DNA of 64,000 nucleotides from an uncultured delta proteobacterium (GTDB taxonomy: Bacteria > Desulfobacterota > Desulfobacteria > Desulfobacterales > Desulfosalsimonadaceae): assembly GCA_963826785.1 (NCBI GenBank), contig CAWGYD010000010.1:246434-310433 (forward strand), in the 5' to 3' direction. Shown piece by piece: positions 32,360-44,570 of this stretch. Within the stretch, counting starts at the first letter, position 1. Each line of letters opens with the position of its first letter. Position numbers and translations under genes: made by a program. The notes under the pieces were generated by a model. The model did no database searches. It was not told where the DNA came from and saw only the letters and a program-made list of their open reading frames with translations.

Positions 32360-32758
32360 ATGAATGAACAGACCATCCAGGTAAAGGAAAAACAGGAAGT
32401 CCAGGCACCGGAGCAGACGCTCCAGGGACGGGTATTCACGCCGCCTGTGGATATATACGAAACGGAAAAAGCGATCACCTTACTGGCCGATATTCCGGGT
32501 GTTGAAGCCGATGATCTCAGCATCGATCTGGCTGAAGGCGTTCTGACGCTGGCGGGAAACGTCAAGCCTTCTGAAAACAAGGAAGAGCAGGATCTGATGG
32601 CGGAATACGAAACCGGAAGCTATTATCGGCAGTTTAGACTGTCGGACATCATTGACCAGGGCAAGATAGAGGCCAATCTCACCGACGGCGTGCTGCATCT
32701 GATTCTTCCAAAGGCAGAAGAAGCCCAGCCCAGAAAGATTCAGATTAAATCCAACTGA
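32360..32758 (+). CDS. Hsp20/alpha-crystallin small heat-shock protein
   Basis: FTPPVDIYET, ADIPGV, YYRQFRL, DGVLHL.LPK. Confidence 0.93.
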   Translation: MNEQTIQVKEKQEVQAPEQTLQGRVFTPPVDIYETEKAITLLADIPGVEADDLSIDLAEGVLTLAGNVKPSENKEEQDLMAEYETGSYYRQFRLSDIIDQGKIEANLTDGVLHLILPKAEEAQPRKIQIKSN

Positions 32759-32938
32759 GGGGCTCTCGCATTCAAGTGCCCGCTGAACGGTCATTCTGAA
32801 GGCGAAATAAAAATTTCAAACCCTGTTTTTTTTCCGTTCGGCAGGAGGGCCGTTGAGGCGCTTCTGCCGAACTTTTTTTCCGCTCTTTGATGTACAGGCA
32901 TGATCATCATGGAAATAAATCAGGGGGGATGATGAATC

Positions 32939-33560
32939 ATGAAAAACTACTACGTTATCCTGGGGGTGCGCCAAAATGCCGATAAGCAGGACATCAAGAA
33001 AGCCTACCGGGACATTGCCAAGAAATACCACCCGGACTCGGTCTGTGCATCCGCCGATGAAGGGGATGAATTTGTCGAAGCCACCGAAGCCTATGAGACC
33101 CTGGCAGACGATTCAAAACGAGACGCTTACGATCGGAACCTGCGCCAACAGCAGTTAAATACCCGCTCTTTCCGTCCGAGGTCGCGGTATGACCGCCGCA
33201 CCTATTTTACCCGGGCAGATTCGCCCATAGAAGATATTACCCCGGGTTTTCGGCATGATCGATCATCGGATCAGCCGGTCCATGGAAATCTCCCTGTCCC
33301 CGGATCAGGCCGTTCACGGCGGCCGCTTCGGGCTTGATCTGGTTTTTCAGGTTCCCTGCCCGGGCTGCGGAAGTTCCGGCGGCAATGAACAGTTCTTCTG
33401 CCCCATCTGCTCCGGCCGCGGCTCATATCAGATGCACGAACGCATTTTCATCCGGGTGCCCCCGAATGTCGAAGACGGCCACATTCTTTCCCTGCCGGTG
33501 ACCCTCTCCAATGAATTGCAGATCCAGCTGAACCTTATTTTGCGGGTCGGGTCATATTGA
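32939..33560 (+). CDS. DnaJ-domain protein with Zn-finger/C-terminal remnant, frameshift near 33270
   Basis: NYYVILGV, YHPD; second frame CPGCGSSG, CPICSGRG, VPPNVEDG. Confidence 0.8.
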
Positions 33561-33566
33561 TCAGAA

Positions 33567-33830
33567 TTACAGGAACCGGTACACATCTGCCGGCGAAATC
33601 CCCTTTGCCAGCATCATGACCTGAATGTGGTAGAGCAGCTGGGAAATCTCTTCCGCCAGCTGCTCCCGGCTTTGATGTTCGGCGGCCATCCAGACTTCGG
33701 CCGCCTCCTCGATGATTTTCTTGCCGATGTCGTGGGGGCCCGAGCGGACACGGGCAACGGTCCCGGATGCCGGGTCGCCTTCGCGCACCTTGCGGCTCAA
33801 TTCCTCGAATAGTTCATCGAATTGTTTCAT
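33567..33830 (-). CDS. hisE: Phosphoribosyl-ATP pyrophosphatase, stand-alone
   Basis: [17 protein letters not shown]...[11 protein letters not shown]. Confidence 0.93.
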   Translation of the reverse strand: MKQFDELFEELSRKVREGDPASGTVARVRSGPHDIGKKIIEEAAEVWMAAEHQSREQLAEEISQLLYHIQVMMLAKGISPADVYRFL

Positions 33831-33844
33831 GTGTTCAACACAGA

Positions 33845-34365
33845 TCAATAATGAGCGTCGGCGTAATTGACCCACCCGCCGGCCGCCACCAGTGCCCGGT
33901 CAAAATCGGAGATCAGAAATTCGATTTGCTCGGTTTGGCCGTCTGCCGAAACGGTCAGCCGGCTGTTTTCAAGGTCGGCGGTCATGGATGCGTCTTTACC
34001 TGAAAATTTATCAAACAACGCATCGATTTTTTCTGCGGGAAGTTCGATGGCCATCATGCCGCAGTTGAACATGTTCTGTTTGAAAATCCGGGCAAAGCCC
34101 GATGCCACCACCAGGTTGATGCCGTTGACCTCCAAGGCCCAGGGGGCGTGCTCCCGGGAAGAGCCGCACCCGAAGTTGGCCCGGGTGACGATCACGCTTT
34201 TTCCGCGGATATCGGCTGCCGGGTCAAACCCGTCGAGCTTTAAATCTTCCAGAAGGTAGGGCTTCAATGCATCCTTGCTGATTTCGGTGAGGTACTTGGC
34301 CGGGATGATTTCATCGGTATTGATGTCCGAGCGGTCCAGAAACAGGACTTTTCCGGAAAACGTTT

Positions 34366-34369
<4 letters not shown>
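33845..34369 (-). CDS. leuD: 3-isopropylmalate dehydratase small subunit
   Basis: [34 protein letters not shown]. Confidence 0.93.
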
Positions 34370-35667
<1,298 letters not shown>

Positions 35668-36033
35668 GGTGACTCCCATCTGAAAATTCTGCCGGCGTTC
35701 TACGGGACACCGGCCTGAACAAGCGTGAACATGCTTAAAAACGAAACCTTAAAAATTACACACCTGGCCCATAATTACAAGATCATTGATGAAAACGAGA
35801 TGAAATTGTGCAATCGGGCAAAGCGGATCTGGCCCATGCCGATGTCCGACCGGCGGGAGGCTTTCTGGGAACTGAATACATCGAGGACTGCAAAATCCCC
35901 CTAAGTTTCGCTTTTTCTGAGAGGGGCGTGTAATCAAACTTCTCATGAAAATGCTTTTGATAGAAAGCGCCCCACTCCGCTTTGCTGCGTTTTTAGAAGA
36001 AGGAACTTTAGAATTGCAACGGAGGCCGGCCGG

Positions 36034-36241
36034 CACACCCCCCTTAAATTCCCCCCTCAAAGGGGGGATTAGTTTTTGAAATTACGATCAAATTCCCCAT
36101 TCGAGGGAGGACTCCTCCTTTTATTCCCCATTCGAGGGAGGACTCCTCCTTTTATTCCCCATTCGAGGGAGGACTCCTCCTTTTATTCCCCCCTCGGGGG
36201 GACACTTTTTTATTCCCCCCTTGAGGGGGGCAGGGGGGTGT
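36034..36241. repeat. C-run/G-run palindromic element containing 3 exact 31-bp tandem repeats
   Basis: ATTCCCCATTCGAGGGAGGACTCCTCCTTTT at 36092, 36123 and 36154, no spacers. Confidence 0.9.
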
Positions 36242-36534
36242 TGGGCCGGTGAGAAATCAACCGAGTTAACTTCCTTGAAAATCGGATTCAATATAAGATA
36301 CAGGTGTATACTATAACATTCTTTTTGTCTGTTTCCGGACTCGATCTTTCCGGGTTTATCATTATCTTTTTTAGCAGCGTTTTGACAAACTTAAATAATA
36401 CATATCTTTTAGTGATGCCTGATGGCATGCCCATTGCTGCCGGATAGTGTATTATCGAAGAAAGATAGTTAGACATGCGGCGGTTTTGATTTAAGCGTAA
36501 ACCAGAAATTCAACGGCGTATTCGGTGGAAACAA

Positions 36535-36984
36535 ATGAAAACAAAATACATTATTCAAATTGTTCTTGTCCTGATCTTTTACTGCTCCGGTACTTCATTT
36601 GCCGATAACTGGAAAAACGAGTCGGGCAAAGGGCATTCGGGAAAATCAAATTATCACAACGATGACCGCGACGATCGTGGATACAAGAACCGATCCGATG
36701 ATCATGGGCGCCATGAGGTGCATGGGCGTCCGGATTATCGGGGGTATCATGGATACAAAAGCGCCCCCTATGACAGGGGACGTCATTACGGCCGCTATAA
36801 ATACAACAACCATCAGTATGAATACCATGGACACTGGCGCTCCTGGGATCAATGGGAAAGGTACGCAAAACAACATCCGCACATTTATGAACATGGGCAT
36901 TATTACCGTGAAAATACCCATTTGATGTTCAGGTATTCCGATCCCGGAACGGGTGAATGCTTCTTCTTTTCAATCGGGAAATAA
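36535..36984 (+). CDS. Secreted His/Tyr/Arg-rich hypothetical protein
   Basis: Signal-peptide-like N-terminus ending SFA; low-complexity hydrophilic body. Confidence 0.65.
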   Translation: MKTKYIIQIVLVLIFYCSGTSFADNWKNESGKGHSGKSNYHNDDRDDRGYKNRSDDHGRHEVHGRPDYRGYHGYKSAPYDRGRHYGRYKYNNHQYEYHGHWRSWDQWERYAKQHPHIYEHGHYYRENTHLMFRYSDPGTGECFFFSIGK

Positions 36985-37095
36985 GCCCAGAATCTGCCCA
37001 GTTGATAAAGAAGAATGAATCTGCCCCCCCAAGGTTGAATGGATTGAGTCGCGTCATTGCAGAAATTCGGGTGGCAATGATCCCTGCTGAATGCG

Positions 37096-38277
37096 CTACT
37101 GCCTGCCTTCGGCCGTGGGGTCCTGCATAAGCCCGGGCGGTGCTTCTCCTGCTGCTTTTTCGGTGCGCAGGTCTGCCAGGCGGCGCGCTTCGATAAATCC
37201 TGATTTTGCGGCGTGCCGGGCCATCTCCAGGGTATCTTTGGCCACAATCAGCGGGCTGCCCTCGATTTGGAGCTTTGCGGACAATTTCTCCAGGCCCGCT
37301 TCCCTGCCCGGATCGCCATCCACTTTTCGGATGTAGACCGCTTTGACCCGCCCGGGATTGCTGTGCACGATTTCCGTGTAGATTTCCGGATCGAGCTGTC
37401 CGCTGTCACCGATGAGGATAAACGGGAGATCCGGATAGGTATGCAGTATGTCCATGATGCAGCGGAATTTATGGCCGCGGGGGCTTGCCGGGGTCAGGCC
37501 CTCCATGGACAGACCCCAGTCCCGCAGGTTGAGGACGGGGCCGATGGGAATCTCGTGCAGGCGGAAAAACTCGCCCAGGAGATCATAAAGGTTCCAGGGG
37601 CCGCGGGAGACGTAAAAAATGGGATTGATCGGCGTGTCATCGATGCCCAGGTGCAGGGCGCGATAAAACGCTGCCACTCCCGGAAACGGCAGGCGGGTGC
37701 GCGCACTGCCCATGAACAAAGAGCGCATCATGCGCAAAAAATTGGTGGCCTCGGTGGGCAGAACCGTGTCGTCGATATCGCTGACAATCACCTGGCGTGC
37801 TTGACGGGGCGGCGTCAGCGCCCTGCCGGTTTTCTCCACCGGACGGCCGCCGCCGGTCAGAGGTGAGACGAGTTTCAGGGCCACGGGCTGCCAGAGGCGG
37901 TCGTCGGGGGGAGAATCGGGGTGGAACGTAAATTCGAAAAAGCCCTGGGCGTCTGTTCTGCCCTCCTGCCATGCCCCCATGAAGCCGGCGGCAATGCATG
38001 CACCCGGGATGGGCATGCGCGACAGGCGTTTATACATGTTTCGCAGGTCATGAAAGACCGTATCGGATTCCTGCACCGGGGCAATCGATTTGAACTCGAC
38101 CACCCGGCCTTTGAGCCGGATGCGATCGTGGCTGCCGTAGCCGGTGTAATCGATAATGTCGAAAGGCCCCAGCAGGCCGAGCCCGGATTTGACATCGATG
38201 CGCCTTTTCCGGACCCAGTTGCCCGCCCTGATCATCCAGGGCCGCACGGATTGAAGAAGATCGCGGGCAAGGCTCAT
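37096..38277 (-). CDS. App1-like phosphatidate phosphatase (DUF2183, HAD)
   Basis: VSDIDDT, FYVS.GPWNLY, LIGDSGQ.DPEIY, AVYIR. Confidence 0.88.
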   Translation of the reverse strand: MSLARDLLQSVRPWMIRAGNWVRKRRIDVKSGLGLLGPFDIIDYTGYGSHDRIRLKGRVVEFKSIAPVQESDTVFHDLRNMYKRLSRMPIPGACIAAGFMGAWQEGRTDAQGFFEFTFHPDSPPDDRLWQPVALKLVSPLTGGGRPVEKTGRALTPPRQARQVIVSDIDDTVLPTEATNFLRMMRSLFMGSARTRLPFPGVAAFYRALHLGIDDTPINPIFYVSRGPWNLYDLLGEFFRLHEIPIGPVLNLRDWGLSMEGLTPASPRGHKFRCIMDILHTYPDLPFILIGDSGQLDPEIYTEIVHSNPGRVKAVYIRKVDGDPGREAGLEKLSAKLQIEGSPLIVAKDTLEMARHAAKSGFIEARRLADLRTEKAAGEAPPGLMQDPTAEGRQ

Positions 38278-38393
38278 TTACTTTCAATCCCCTTTTTCCG
38301 TATCCCGAAGGTAATTTCATGAAAGCTTTTCAACCCGCTGCACGGCGTTTTTGCAGTAAGGAACTTTTAAATCCTGACTGCCGCAGCCGCTAC

Positions 38394-38601
38394 ACCCCCC
38401 TTTAATTCCCCCCTCAAGGGGGGATTAGGCCTTGAAATGACGATCAAATTCACCCATCGAGAAGGGTCAGGGGTATGTTTTGCAGAAAGGAATTTTAAAC
38501 AGTCACCGGCGGCACACCCCCCTTTAATTCCCCCCTCAAGGGGGGATTAGGCCTTGAAATGACGATTAAATTCCCCCCTCGAGGGGGGTTCAGGGGGGTG
38601 T
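38394..38601. repeat. Two tandem C-run/G-run palindromic elements
   Basis: CACCCCCCTTTAATTCCCCCCTCAAGGGGGGATTAGGCCTTGAAATGACGAT duplicated. Confidence 0.85.
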
Positions 38602-38654
38602 CGGGCCTGCGACCCCGCTGTCCTGACTCCTCTCAGGGGAAAAGCGTCGACCGG

Positions 38655-38990
38655 TTATTCCCATCCGCCGATCAGATGCAGGTGCAGGTGAAACACCTCC
38701 TGGCCGCCGCCTTTCTCCACGTTGAAAAACAAACGGTACCCGGATTCATTCACCTGCATTTTTACAGCCATTTCTTTTGCGATAAAAATCAATTCTGCGA
38801 TGATCGGCCGGTCATCTTCGGCCAGGTCGTTGATACTCCGGATATGCTTTCTCGGGACGATCAGGAGATGCACGGGTGCCAGCGGATTGATATCTTTAAA
38901 TACGATGAGGGTTTCGTTTTCAAACAACAGATCGGAATCGGTCTGTCCACCGGCGATTTTGCAGAAAATGCACTCCTGATTGGAATTCAT
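38655..38990 (-). CDS. hinT: Histidine triad nucleotide-binding protein
   Basis: CIFCKI, DINP.APVH, GQEVFHLHLHLIGG. Confidence 0.93.
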   Translation of the reverse strand: MNSNQECIFCKIAGGQTDSDLLFENETLIVFKDINPLAPVHLLIVPRKHIRSINDLAEDDRPIIAELIFIAKEMAVKMQVNESGYRLFFNVEKGGGQEVFHLHLHLIGGWE

Positions 38991-39074
38991 CGATAATTTC
39001 TCCCTCTTTGCGGTTCGTTTGTCTTGTGCATTGAAATCAGTGCAATGAATAGACGGATTTTTTAAAATAAGCGA

Positions 39075-39518
39075 TCATGATTTGACCACCAGGACGGATG
39101 TATGTTCAAGTGAGCGCACCAGTTTGACACTGACATCGCCGAGGACGAACTCCTCGGATTTGGACATATTCTTCCGGCCGATGATGACCATATCATATTC
39201 CCCCTGGCGGTAAAAGCTCATGATTCCCTCGGTGACGGAGGCAAACGGCTCCGACAGCAGTTCGACATCAATCTGCTCCGGCGCAAATCCCTTTTCCGCC
39301 ACCAGGCGGTCCCTGGCCTTCTGCAGAACCGCTCTTAACCGCGATGGCTGTTCGGACATGAATTTTTTGCCCATCAGTTCCTCCCCCGAGGTGGGTTTCC
39401 GAAATACATGGACCAGCGTCATGCGGATATCATCCGGGCACAGCGGCAAACCGATCAGGTAATCGATGACCGCCCGGGAACTGACCGAATCGTTTAGCGG
39501 GACCAGAATCGAGATCAT
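39075..39518 (-). CDS. Universal stress protein
   Basis: ILVP, LVHV, DMVIIGR...LGDVS.KLV. Confidence 0.88.
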   Translation of the reverse strand: MISILVPLNDSVSSRAVIDYLIGLPLCPDDIRMTLVHVFRKPTSGEELMGKKFMSEQPSRLRAVLQKARDRLVAEKGFAPEQIDVELLSEPFASVTEGIMSFYRQGEYDMVIIGRKNMSKSEEFVLGDVSVKLVRSLEHTSVLVVKS

Positions 39519-39530
39519 GACGCTTTTCCT

Positions 39531-40427
39531 CTATCGAATGACCACCCCGGACAAATCCTCCAGCAACTCGTCTACCTGCTCATAATAAATTTCCGTGGCC
39601 CTGGAAAAATGCATGAGCACATTATTCAATGACGGGGGAATGTAGGGGTAGAGTTTCTGCATATTCAAAAGCCGGGATTTGTCCAGGATCGAAAAATCCC
39701 CGGCCGTCAAATGATCGATCAGGCTTCCGTAAGTCTGCGTATCATGCACGATCATGTAAAGATCATGAAATCCTTTGCCCACCGCATAGACCAGGATGTT
39801 TCCCATGCCGAACAGGTCCAGGCTGAACGGGTTTTCGGGGGCGTGATAGTCATAGTCGAAATCGATCCACACATAGTTTCCGGTGCCCCCCTCGATGATC
39901 AGGTGATCGTTGCGGATATCCCCGTGCCGGAAACCCGCCCGGTGAAGCGTCAGGATTGCTTCAAATGCGGAAATCAGCTTTTCGATAACGGCCGGCAGCC
40001 GGTGAAAAAAATATTCCTGGTGGTCCATGCGGATTCGATCCATGTCCACCAGAAAATTGGGGCCTGCGACGATGTCGAGCACCCGGATGTTGTTGTCCCG
40101 GATATCCTTGAAGGCTTTTCCCTGCATGAACAGCGGATGTCCCCGGATCAGGTCGAGAATGCGACCTTCTTTTTCGGGATCCCGGAAGCACCGGATTTTG
40201 ACGCCGCCCAGCGAGGTTTCAAAGGTTTCGAAGTAGGCCAGCTTGATGATTTTGCGCTCGCCGGTATCCACATCCACCCCACGCTTGACCCAGAACTTGG
40301 GGTCTTCGATGCCGAACCGCCGCTCCTTTTCATGGCCGGTGATCCGATACCGTTTTTCACCGATTTGAATCTCGTCGCCGCAGTCAATGGAAAAAAAATC
40401 GGTGGTATCGACGACCGGCGGCTTCAT
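39531..40427 (-). CDS. Atypical protein-kinase-like protein
   Basis: KIIK, LHRAGFRHGDIRNDH, WIDFD, DLFGMG. Confidence 0.75.
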   Translation of the reverse strand: MKPPVVDTTDFFSIDCGDEIQIGEKRYRITGHEKERRFGIEDPKFWVKRGVDVDTGERKIIKLAYFETFETSLGGVKIRCFRDPEKEGRILDLIRGHPLFMQGKAFKDIRDNNIRVLDIVAGPNFLVDMDRIRMDHQEYFFHRLPAVIEKLISAFEAILTLHRAGFRHGDIRNDHLIIEGGTGNYVWIDFDYDYHAPENPFSLDLFGMGNILVYAVGKGFHDLYMIVHDTQTYGSLIDHLTAGDFSILDKSRLLNMQKLYPYIPPSLNNVLMHFSRATEIYYEQVDELLEDLSGVVIR

Positions 40428-40436
40428 GGCGATCGA

Positions 40437-40997
40437 TCATCCCTGCAGCAGGCGGGGCGGAATGCTGTTGATGGCGGTTTTGATATGATCGACAAAATGT
40501 TTCAGGCCGTTGACTTCGATTACCAGCCCGAGCTGATTTCCCAGAATGCACAGGGAGGAGATATCATCTTCGTGCAGGTGCAGCGGCTGGTCGTGATAAA
40601 TCCGTATCACACCAATCACCGTCTGCCGGAAACGGATCGGAATGGCCATCAGGGATACGATCCCTTCTTTTCGGGCCGCTTCCGGATACTGAATGCGGCT
40701 GTCATGCTGCATGTCGTTGACGCATTCCACATTGCCGGTATGAATGGAGCAGTTGGTGTCATCCATGAACACCGGGCCTTTATTGAGGTACTCCTCGCTG
40801 ATGCCGTAGCTGCTCACACGAAACAACTGGTTTTCCAGTTCATCCAGGACCATGATGGACGCCCCCTTGAACCTGAAGGTCCGGCAGACCCCTTCCACCA
40901 GGTGATTGGCCAGCAGGTTGAAATCCTCATAGGTGGAAATGGCATTGCTGATCGCTTTAAATTGCTTTAAATAAAATTTACGCTCCGGGGAAACCAT
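40437..40997 (-). CDS. Stand-alone GAF domain protein
   Basis: SIMVLD, SYGISEEYL.KG, EGIVSLMAIPI, IGVIRIY. Confidence 0.88.
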   Translation of the reverse strand: MVSPERKFYLKQFKAISNAISTYEDFNLLANHLVEGVCRTFRFKGASIMVLDELENQLFRVSSYGISEEYLNKGPVFMDDTNCSIHTGNVECVNDMQHDSRIQYPEAARKEGIVSLMAIPIRFRQTVIGVIRIYHDQPLHLHEDDISSLCILGNQLGLVIEVNGLKHFVDHIKTAINSIPPRLLQG

Positions 40998-41096
40998 GGT
41001 TTGAGTTCCTGAACATTGAAAAAGAGATCACCCGTCATGAAATTTCGGCGATCTGTTTTTTAAGCGCTTTCCGGCCACTGCCAAAAAACCCGTTTA

Positions 41097-41852
41097 TCAA
41101 CTTCTGCGGTTTAGAAAAGATGCCGTTCGATCCGCACCTGCCGCGGTCGCCTCATCGCGTAAGGCTTGCGATTGAATATGCCACTTGCCCCGGAGGGTCG
41201 GCTTCTTAAGAGAGGCCTCCAGCAATTTCAAAAACCGGGACCGCGGAATCTCTCTGGCTCCCAGCCGGATCAGGTGAGGATTGACGATCTGGCAGTCGAT
41301 GAGGTCAAACGCATGCTGCAGGAGGTAATCACAAAGAGCGGCCAGGGCGATTTTGGAGGCATTGGCGACGCGGGTGAACATGGACTCTCCGAAGAAGCAC
41401 CCCCCCAGGGACAGACCGTAGAGCCCGCCTGCCAGTATTCCCTGGTGCCAGGCTTCTATGGAGTGAGCGTATCCGTTCTCGAACAGGTCGCAGAACGCCT
41501 CGATCATATCCTCTACAATCCAGGTTTCCTGTCCGTTATCCACCCTGATTCCGGCGCAGGAGGTGATCACCTGTTCAAAAGCCGTATCGCTGGTGATGGT
41601 AAAAGCCCCCTGCCGGATGGTTCGCCTCAGCCGCCCCGTCACGTGCATCTGGTCTGGAAACAGCACCAGGCGGGGATCGGGTGACCACCACATGATCGGA
41701 TCATTTTCCGAGTACCAGGGAAAAACCCCGGCTTCATATGCCTTTAACAGCCGATCCCGGCTGAGATCGCCGCCAATGGCCAGCAATCCCGCCGGGCCGG
41801 CATAATGGGGAGACGGGAACGAAATTCTTTCAGATAACCGGAATACGGGCAT
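41097..41852 (-). CDS. aat: Leucyl/phenylalanyl-tRNA-protein transferase
   Basis: GLLAIGGDL, WWSPDPR, GGLYG, FFGESMF, ASK. Confidence 0.95.
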   Translation of the reverse strand: MPVFRLSERISFPSPHYAGPAGLLAIGGDLSRDRLLKAYEAGVFPWYSENDPIMWWSPDPRLVLFPDQMHVTGRLRRTIRQGAFTITSDTAFEQVITSCAGIRVDNGQETWIVEDMIEAFCDLFENGYAHSIEAWHQGILAGGLYGLSLGGCFFGESMFTRVANASKIALAALCDYLLQHAFDLIDCQIVNPHLIRLGAREIPRSRFLKLLEASLKKPTLRGKWHIQSQALRDEATAAGADRTASFLNRRS

Positions 41853-41856
41853 GTTC

Positions 41857-44100
41857 TCATGAAAACTCGAAGATCAGGCGATCGTCTTTGGTCCGGATGG
41901 TGACTTCTCCGCCCTTGCTCAATTTTCCGAAAAGGATTTCCTCGGTGAGCACATCCTTGATCTCCCGCTGAATCAGCCGATCCAGAGGCCGGGCGCCGTA
42001 ATTGGGGTCATGCCCATGCCGGGCGAGCCACTGGCGGGCGGGCGCGGTCAGCCGGATGGAGACTTTCTTGGCCGACAGCTGGGGAGCCAGCTCTTCCATG
42101 AATTTGTCCACCACCATTTCCATGATCCGGGGCGTCAGCGACTGGAAGGATATGGTATCGTCCAGCCGGTTTCTGAACTCGGGGCTGAAGAACTGCTCAA
42201 TGGCTCTTTTCCCTTTGTTTTCCACATCACGGCCGGCATCGCCGCCGAATCCAATGGACTTGCTCACCATTTCCCGGGCACCGGCATTTGAGGTCATGAT
42301 CACAATCACGTTTCGAAAATCGGCCGTCTTGCCGTTGTTGTCCGTCAATGCCGCATGATCCATCACCTGGAGCAGAATGTTGTACATGTCCAGGTGCGCC
42401 TTTTCGATTTCATCGAGCAGCAGCACGCTATGGGGATTTTTACGGATCTGGTCGGTCAGCAGTCCGCCCTGGTCGAATCCGATATATCCCGGAGGCGCAC
42501 CGATCAGCCTTGCCACCGCGTGCTTCTCCATGTACTCACTCATATCGAACCGCAGAAACTTGATTCCCAGAAGGCTGGCGATCTGCTTGGCCACTTCGGT
42601 CTTTCCCACACCCGTGGGGCCGGTGAATAAAAAGGAGCCGATGGGCCGCTCCGGTGCGGCCAGTCCGGCCCGGGACCGCTTGATGGCAGTCACCAGGGAA
42701 TGGATGGCCGGGTCCTGCCCGTAGATTTTCCCCTTGAGGCGCTCCTCCAGGTGTTCCAGGCTGCTCTTATCCGATGTGTTGACGCTCTGGGTCGGGATGC
42801 GGGCCATCTTGGAAACCACTTTTTCGATGTCCGACGGCTGCACTTTTTTCCGCTGGGACGAACCGTAAATCCGGATCAGCACGCCGGCTTCATCGATGAC
42901 ATCGATGGCCTTGTCCGGCAGGTAACGTTCATTGATATACTTGGCCGACAGTTCGGCCGCGGCTTTTAGCGCCTTGTCCGTGTACTCGATGCCGTGATGC
43001 TCTTCATAGTAGATCTTGAGCCCCCGCAGGATCTTTACGGTATCGGAAACGGAGGGTTCCGAAATTTCAATTTTTTCAAAGCGGCGGGAAAAGGCCCGAT
43101 CCTTATCGAAAAAATTCTTGAACTCCTCATAGGTGGTCGATCCGATGCAGCGCAATTCGCCGGTGGCCAAGGCGGGCTTGAGTATGTTCGACGCATCCAT
43201 GGATCCGCTGCTGGTGGCCCCCGCCCCTACAATGGTATGGATCTCATCGATGAACAATATGGCATTTTTCCGCTGCTGCAGGGCGGAAATCACCGCTTTC
43301 AGGCGCTGCTCGAAATCGCCGCGGTACTTGGTGCCGGCCAGCAGCGCACCCAGGTCCAGAGAATAAATCCGGGCGTTTTCCAGCAGGTCCGGGATGTCAT
43401 CCCCATAGGCGATGCGCTGGGCCAGTCCTTCGGCCATGGCGGTCTTGCCCACCCCGGGGTCGCCCACGAAGACGGGATTGTTTTTCCGCCTCCGGCACAA
43501 CACCTGAATGGTCCGCTGCAGTTCGACCTGCCGGCCGATCAGGGGATCGAGTTTGCCCTGCCGGGCGCGCTCCACCAGGTCTACAGTGAAGGCCTCGAGG
43601 GGATCTGAGCTCTTCTTCTTCAGCTTTTTATCCGTCAGCATGCCCGGGTCCGGTGCTTCCTTGAAAGGCTCCTCCCGGGTGCCGTGGGAAATCACGTTTA
43701 AAACGTCTAACCGGGTGATTCCTTCGGCGGCCATGAAATAGGCGGCATGAGAATTCTTCTCCTCCAGCATGGACGCCAGGATATCGCCGATGTACACGGA
43801 ATCCTTTTCGGCAGACCGGGCATGGTTGACCGCCCGTTGAATCACCCGTTGAAACTTCATGGTCTGCTGCAGCACATATTCCTGGTTTTCCGGGACCTGC
43901 TCCAGCTTTTCATTGAAGAATTTCTCGAGCTCATTCTGAATGTTTTCCACATTTCCGCCGCAGCTCTCGATGATTTCGATACCGCCGCTGTCATGCACGA
44001 TGGCATAGAGTATATGTTCGACGCAGACATACTCATGCCGCCTTTTCCGTGCTTCCTTGACTGCATAACTGAGTATAGCGCTTAAGCCTTTGCTGATCAT
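41857..44100 (-). CDS. clpA: ATP-dependent Clp protease ATP-binding subunit ClpA
   Basis: Two AAA+ modules ([16 protein letters not shown]), no middle domain, IGF loop, follows clpS. Confidence 0.96.
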   Translation of the reverse strand: MISKGLSAILSYAVKEARKRRHEYVCVEHILYAIVHDSGGIEIIESCGGNVENIQNELEKFFNEKLEQVPENQEYVLQQTMKFQRVIQRAVNHARSAEKDSVYIGDILASMLEEKNSHAAYFMAAEGITRLDVLNVISHGTREEPFKEAPDPGMLTDKKLKKKSSDPLEAFTVDLVERARQGKLDPLIGRQVELQRTIQVLCRRRKNNPVFVGDPGVGKTAMAEGLAQRIAYGDDIPDLLENARIYSLDLGALLAGTKYRGDFEQRLKAVISALQQRKNAILFIDEIHTIVGAGATSSGSMDASNILKPALATGELRCIGSTTYEEFKNFFDKDRAFSRRFEKIEISEPSVSDTVKILRGLKIYYEEHHGIEYTDKALKAAAELSAKYINERYLPDKAIDVIDEAGVLIRIYGSSQRKKVQPSDIEKVVSKMARIPTQSVNTSDKSSLEHLEERLKGKIYGQDPAIHSLVTAIKRSRAGLAAPERPIGSFLFTGPTGVGKTEVAKQIASLLGIKFLRFDMSEYMEKHAVARLIGAPPGYIGFDQGGLLTDQIRKNPHSVLLLDEIEKAHLDMYNILLQVMDHAALTDNNGKTADFRNVIVIMTSNAGAREMVSKSIGFGGDAGRDVENKGKRAIEQFFSPEFRNRLDDTISFQSLTPRIMEMVVDKFMEELAPQLSAKKVSIRLTAPARQWLARHGHDPNYGARPLDRLIQREIKDVLTEEILFGKLSKGGEVTIRTKDDRLIFEFS

Positions 44101-44103
44101 AGA

Positions 44104-44418
44104 TCACACCTTTTCCATTGAGCTTTTCAGCGGGAAACCCCGTTCACGGGCCAGTTGATAAACCGTCTCCACTTTGGTTTCCGCAATTTCATATGTATAG
44201 ATACCGCAAACGCCAAGACCGGATTTATGGACATTGAGCATAATGCGGGTGGCTTCCTCGAAGGATTTCTGGAATATCGTCACCAGGAGTTCCACCACAA
44301 ATTCCATCGTGGTGTAGTCGTCATTGTGAAGCAGCACCTTAAACAAAGGCGGCTCCTTGACTTTTTCCCGGCTTGAAGAGACCGTCTGCTCCTGCGCACC
44401 CGGGTCAAAACCGCTCAT
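44104..44418 (-). CDS. clpS: ClpAP adaptor ClpS
   Basis: KVLLHNDDYTTMEFVV, IMLNVH, EIAETKV, FPL. Confidence 0.96.
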   Translation of the reverse strand: MSGFDPGAQEQTVSSSREKVKEPPLFKVLLHNDDYTTMEFVVELLVTIFQKSFEEATRIMLNVHKSGLGVCGIYTYEIAETKVETVYQLARERGFPLKSSMEKV

Positions 44419-44570
44419 CTCAACCTCCCCGTCCGACACAAGACGCCTTTATTGATACAAATCGTTTTTTTACCCAATAATATAAGCACAGGATCGCTGT
44501 TTGCCATTACGGAAATTCATTTTACAAAAAAAAGGAAGGGCAACAAGTATTTTTAAGTTCCTGAAGGAAT

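Noticed and set aside
35680..35990. Leucine attenuator or T-box upstream of leuC
   Set aside because: No Leu-rich leader peptide with terminator and no T-box motif found
36092..36184. Three identical 31-bp repeats as a CRISPR array
   Set aside because: Directly tandem with no spacers, embedded in a dispersed palindrome family, and no cas genes in the window
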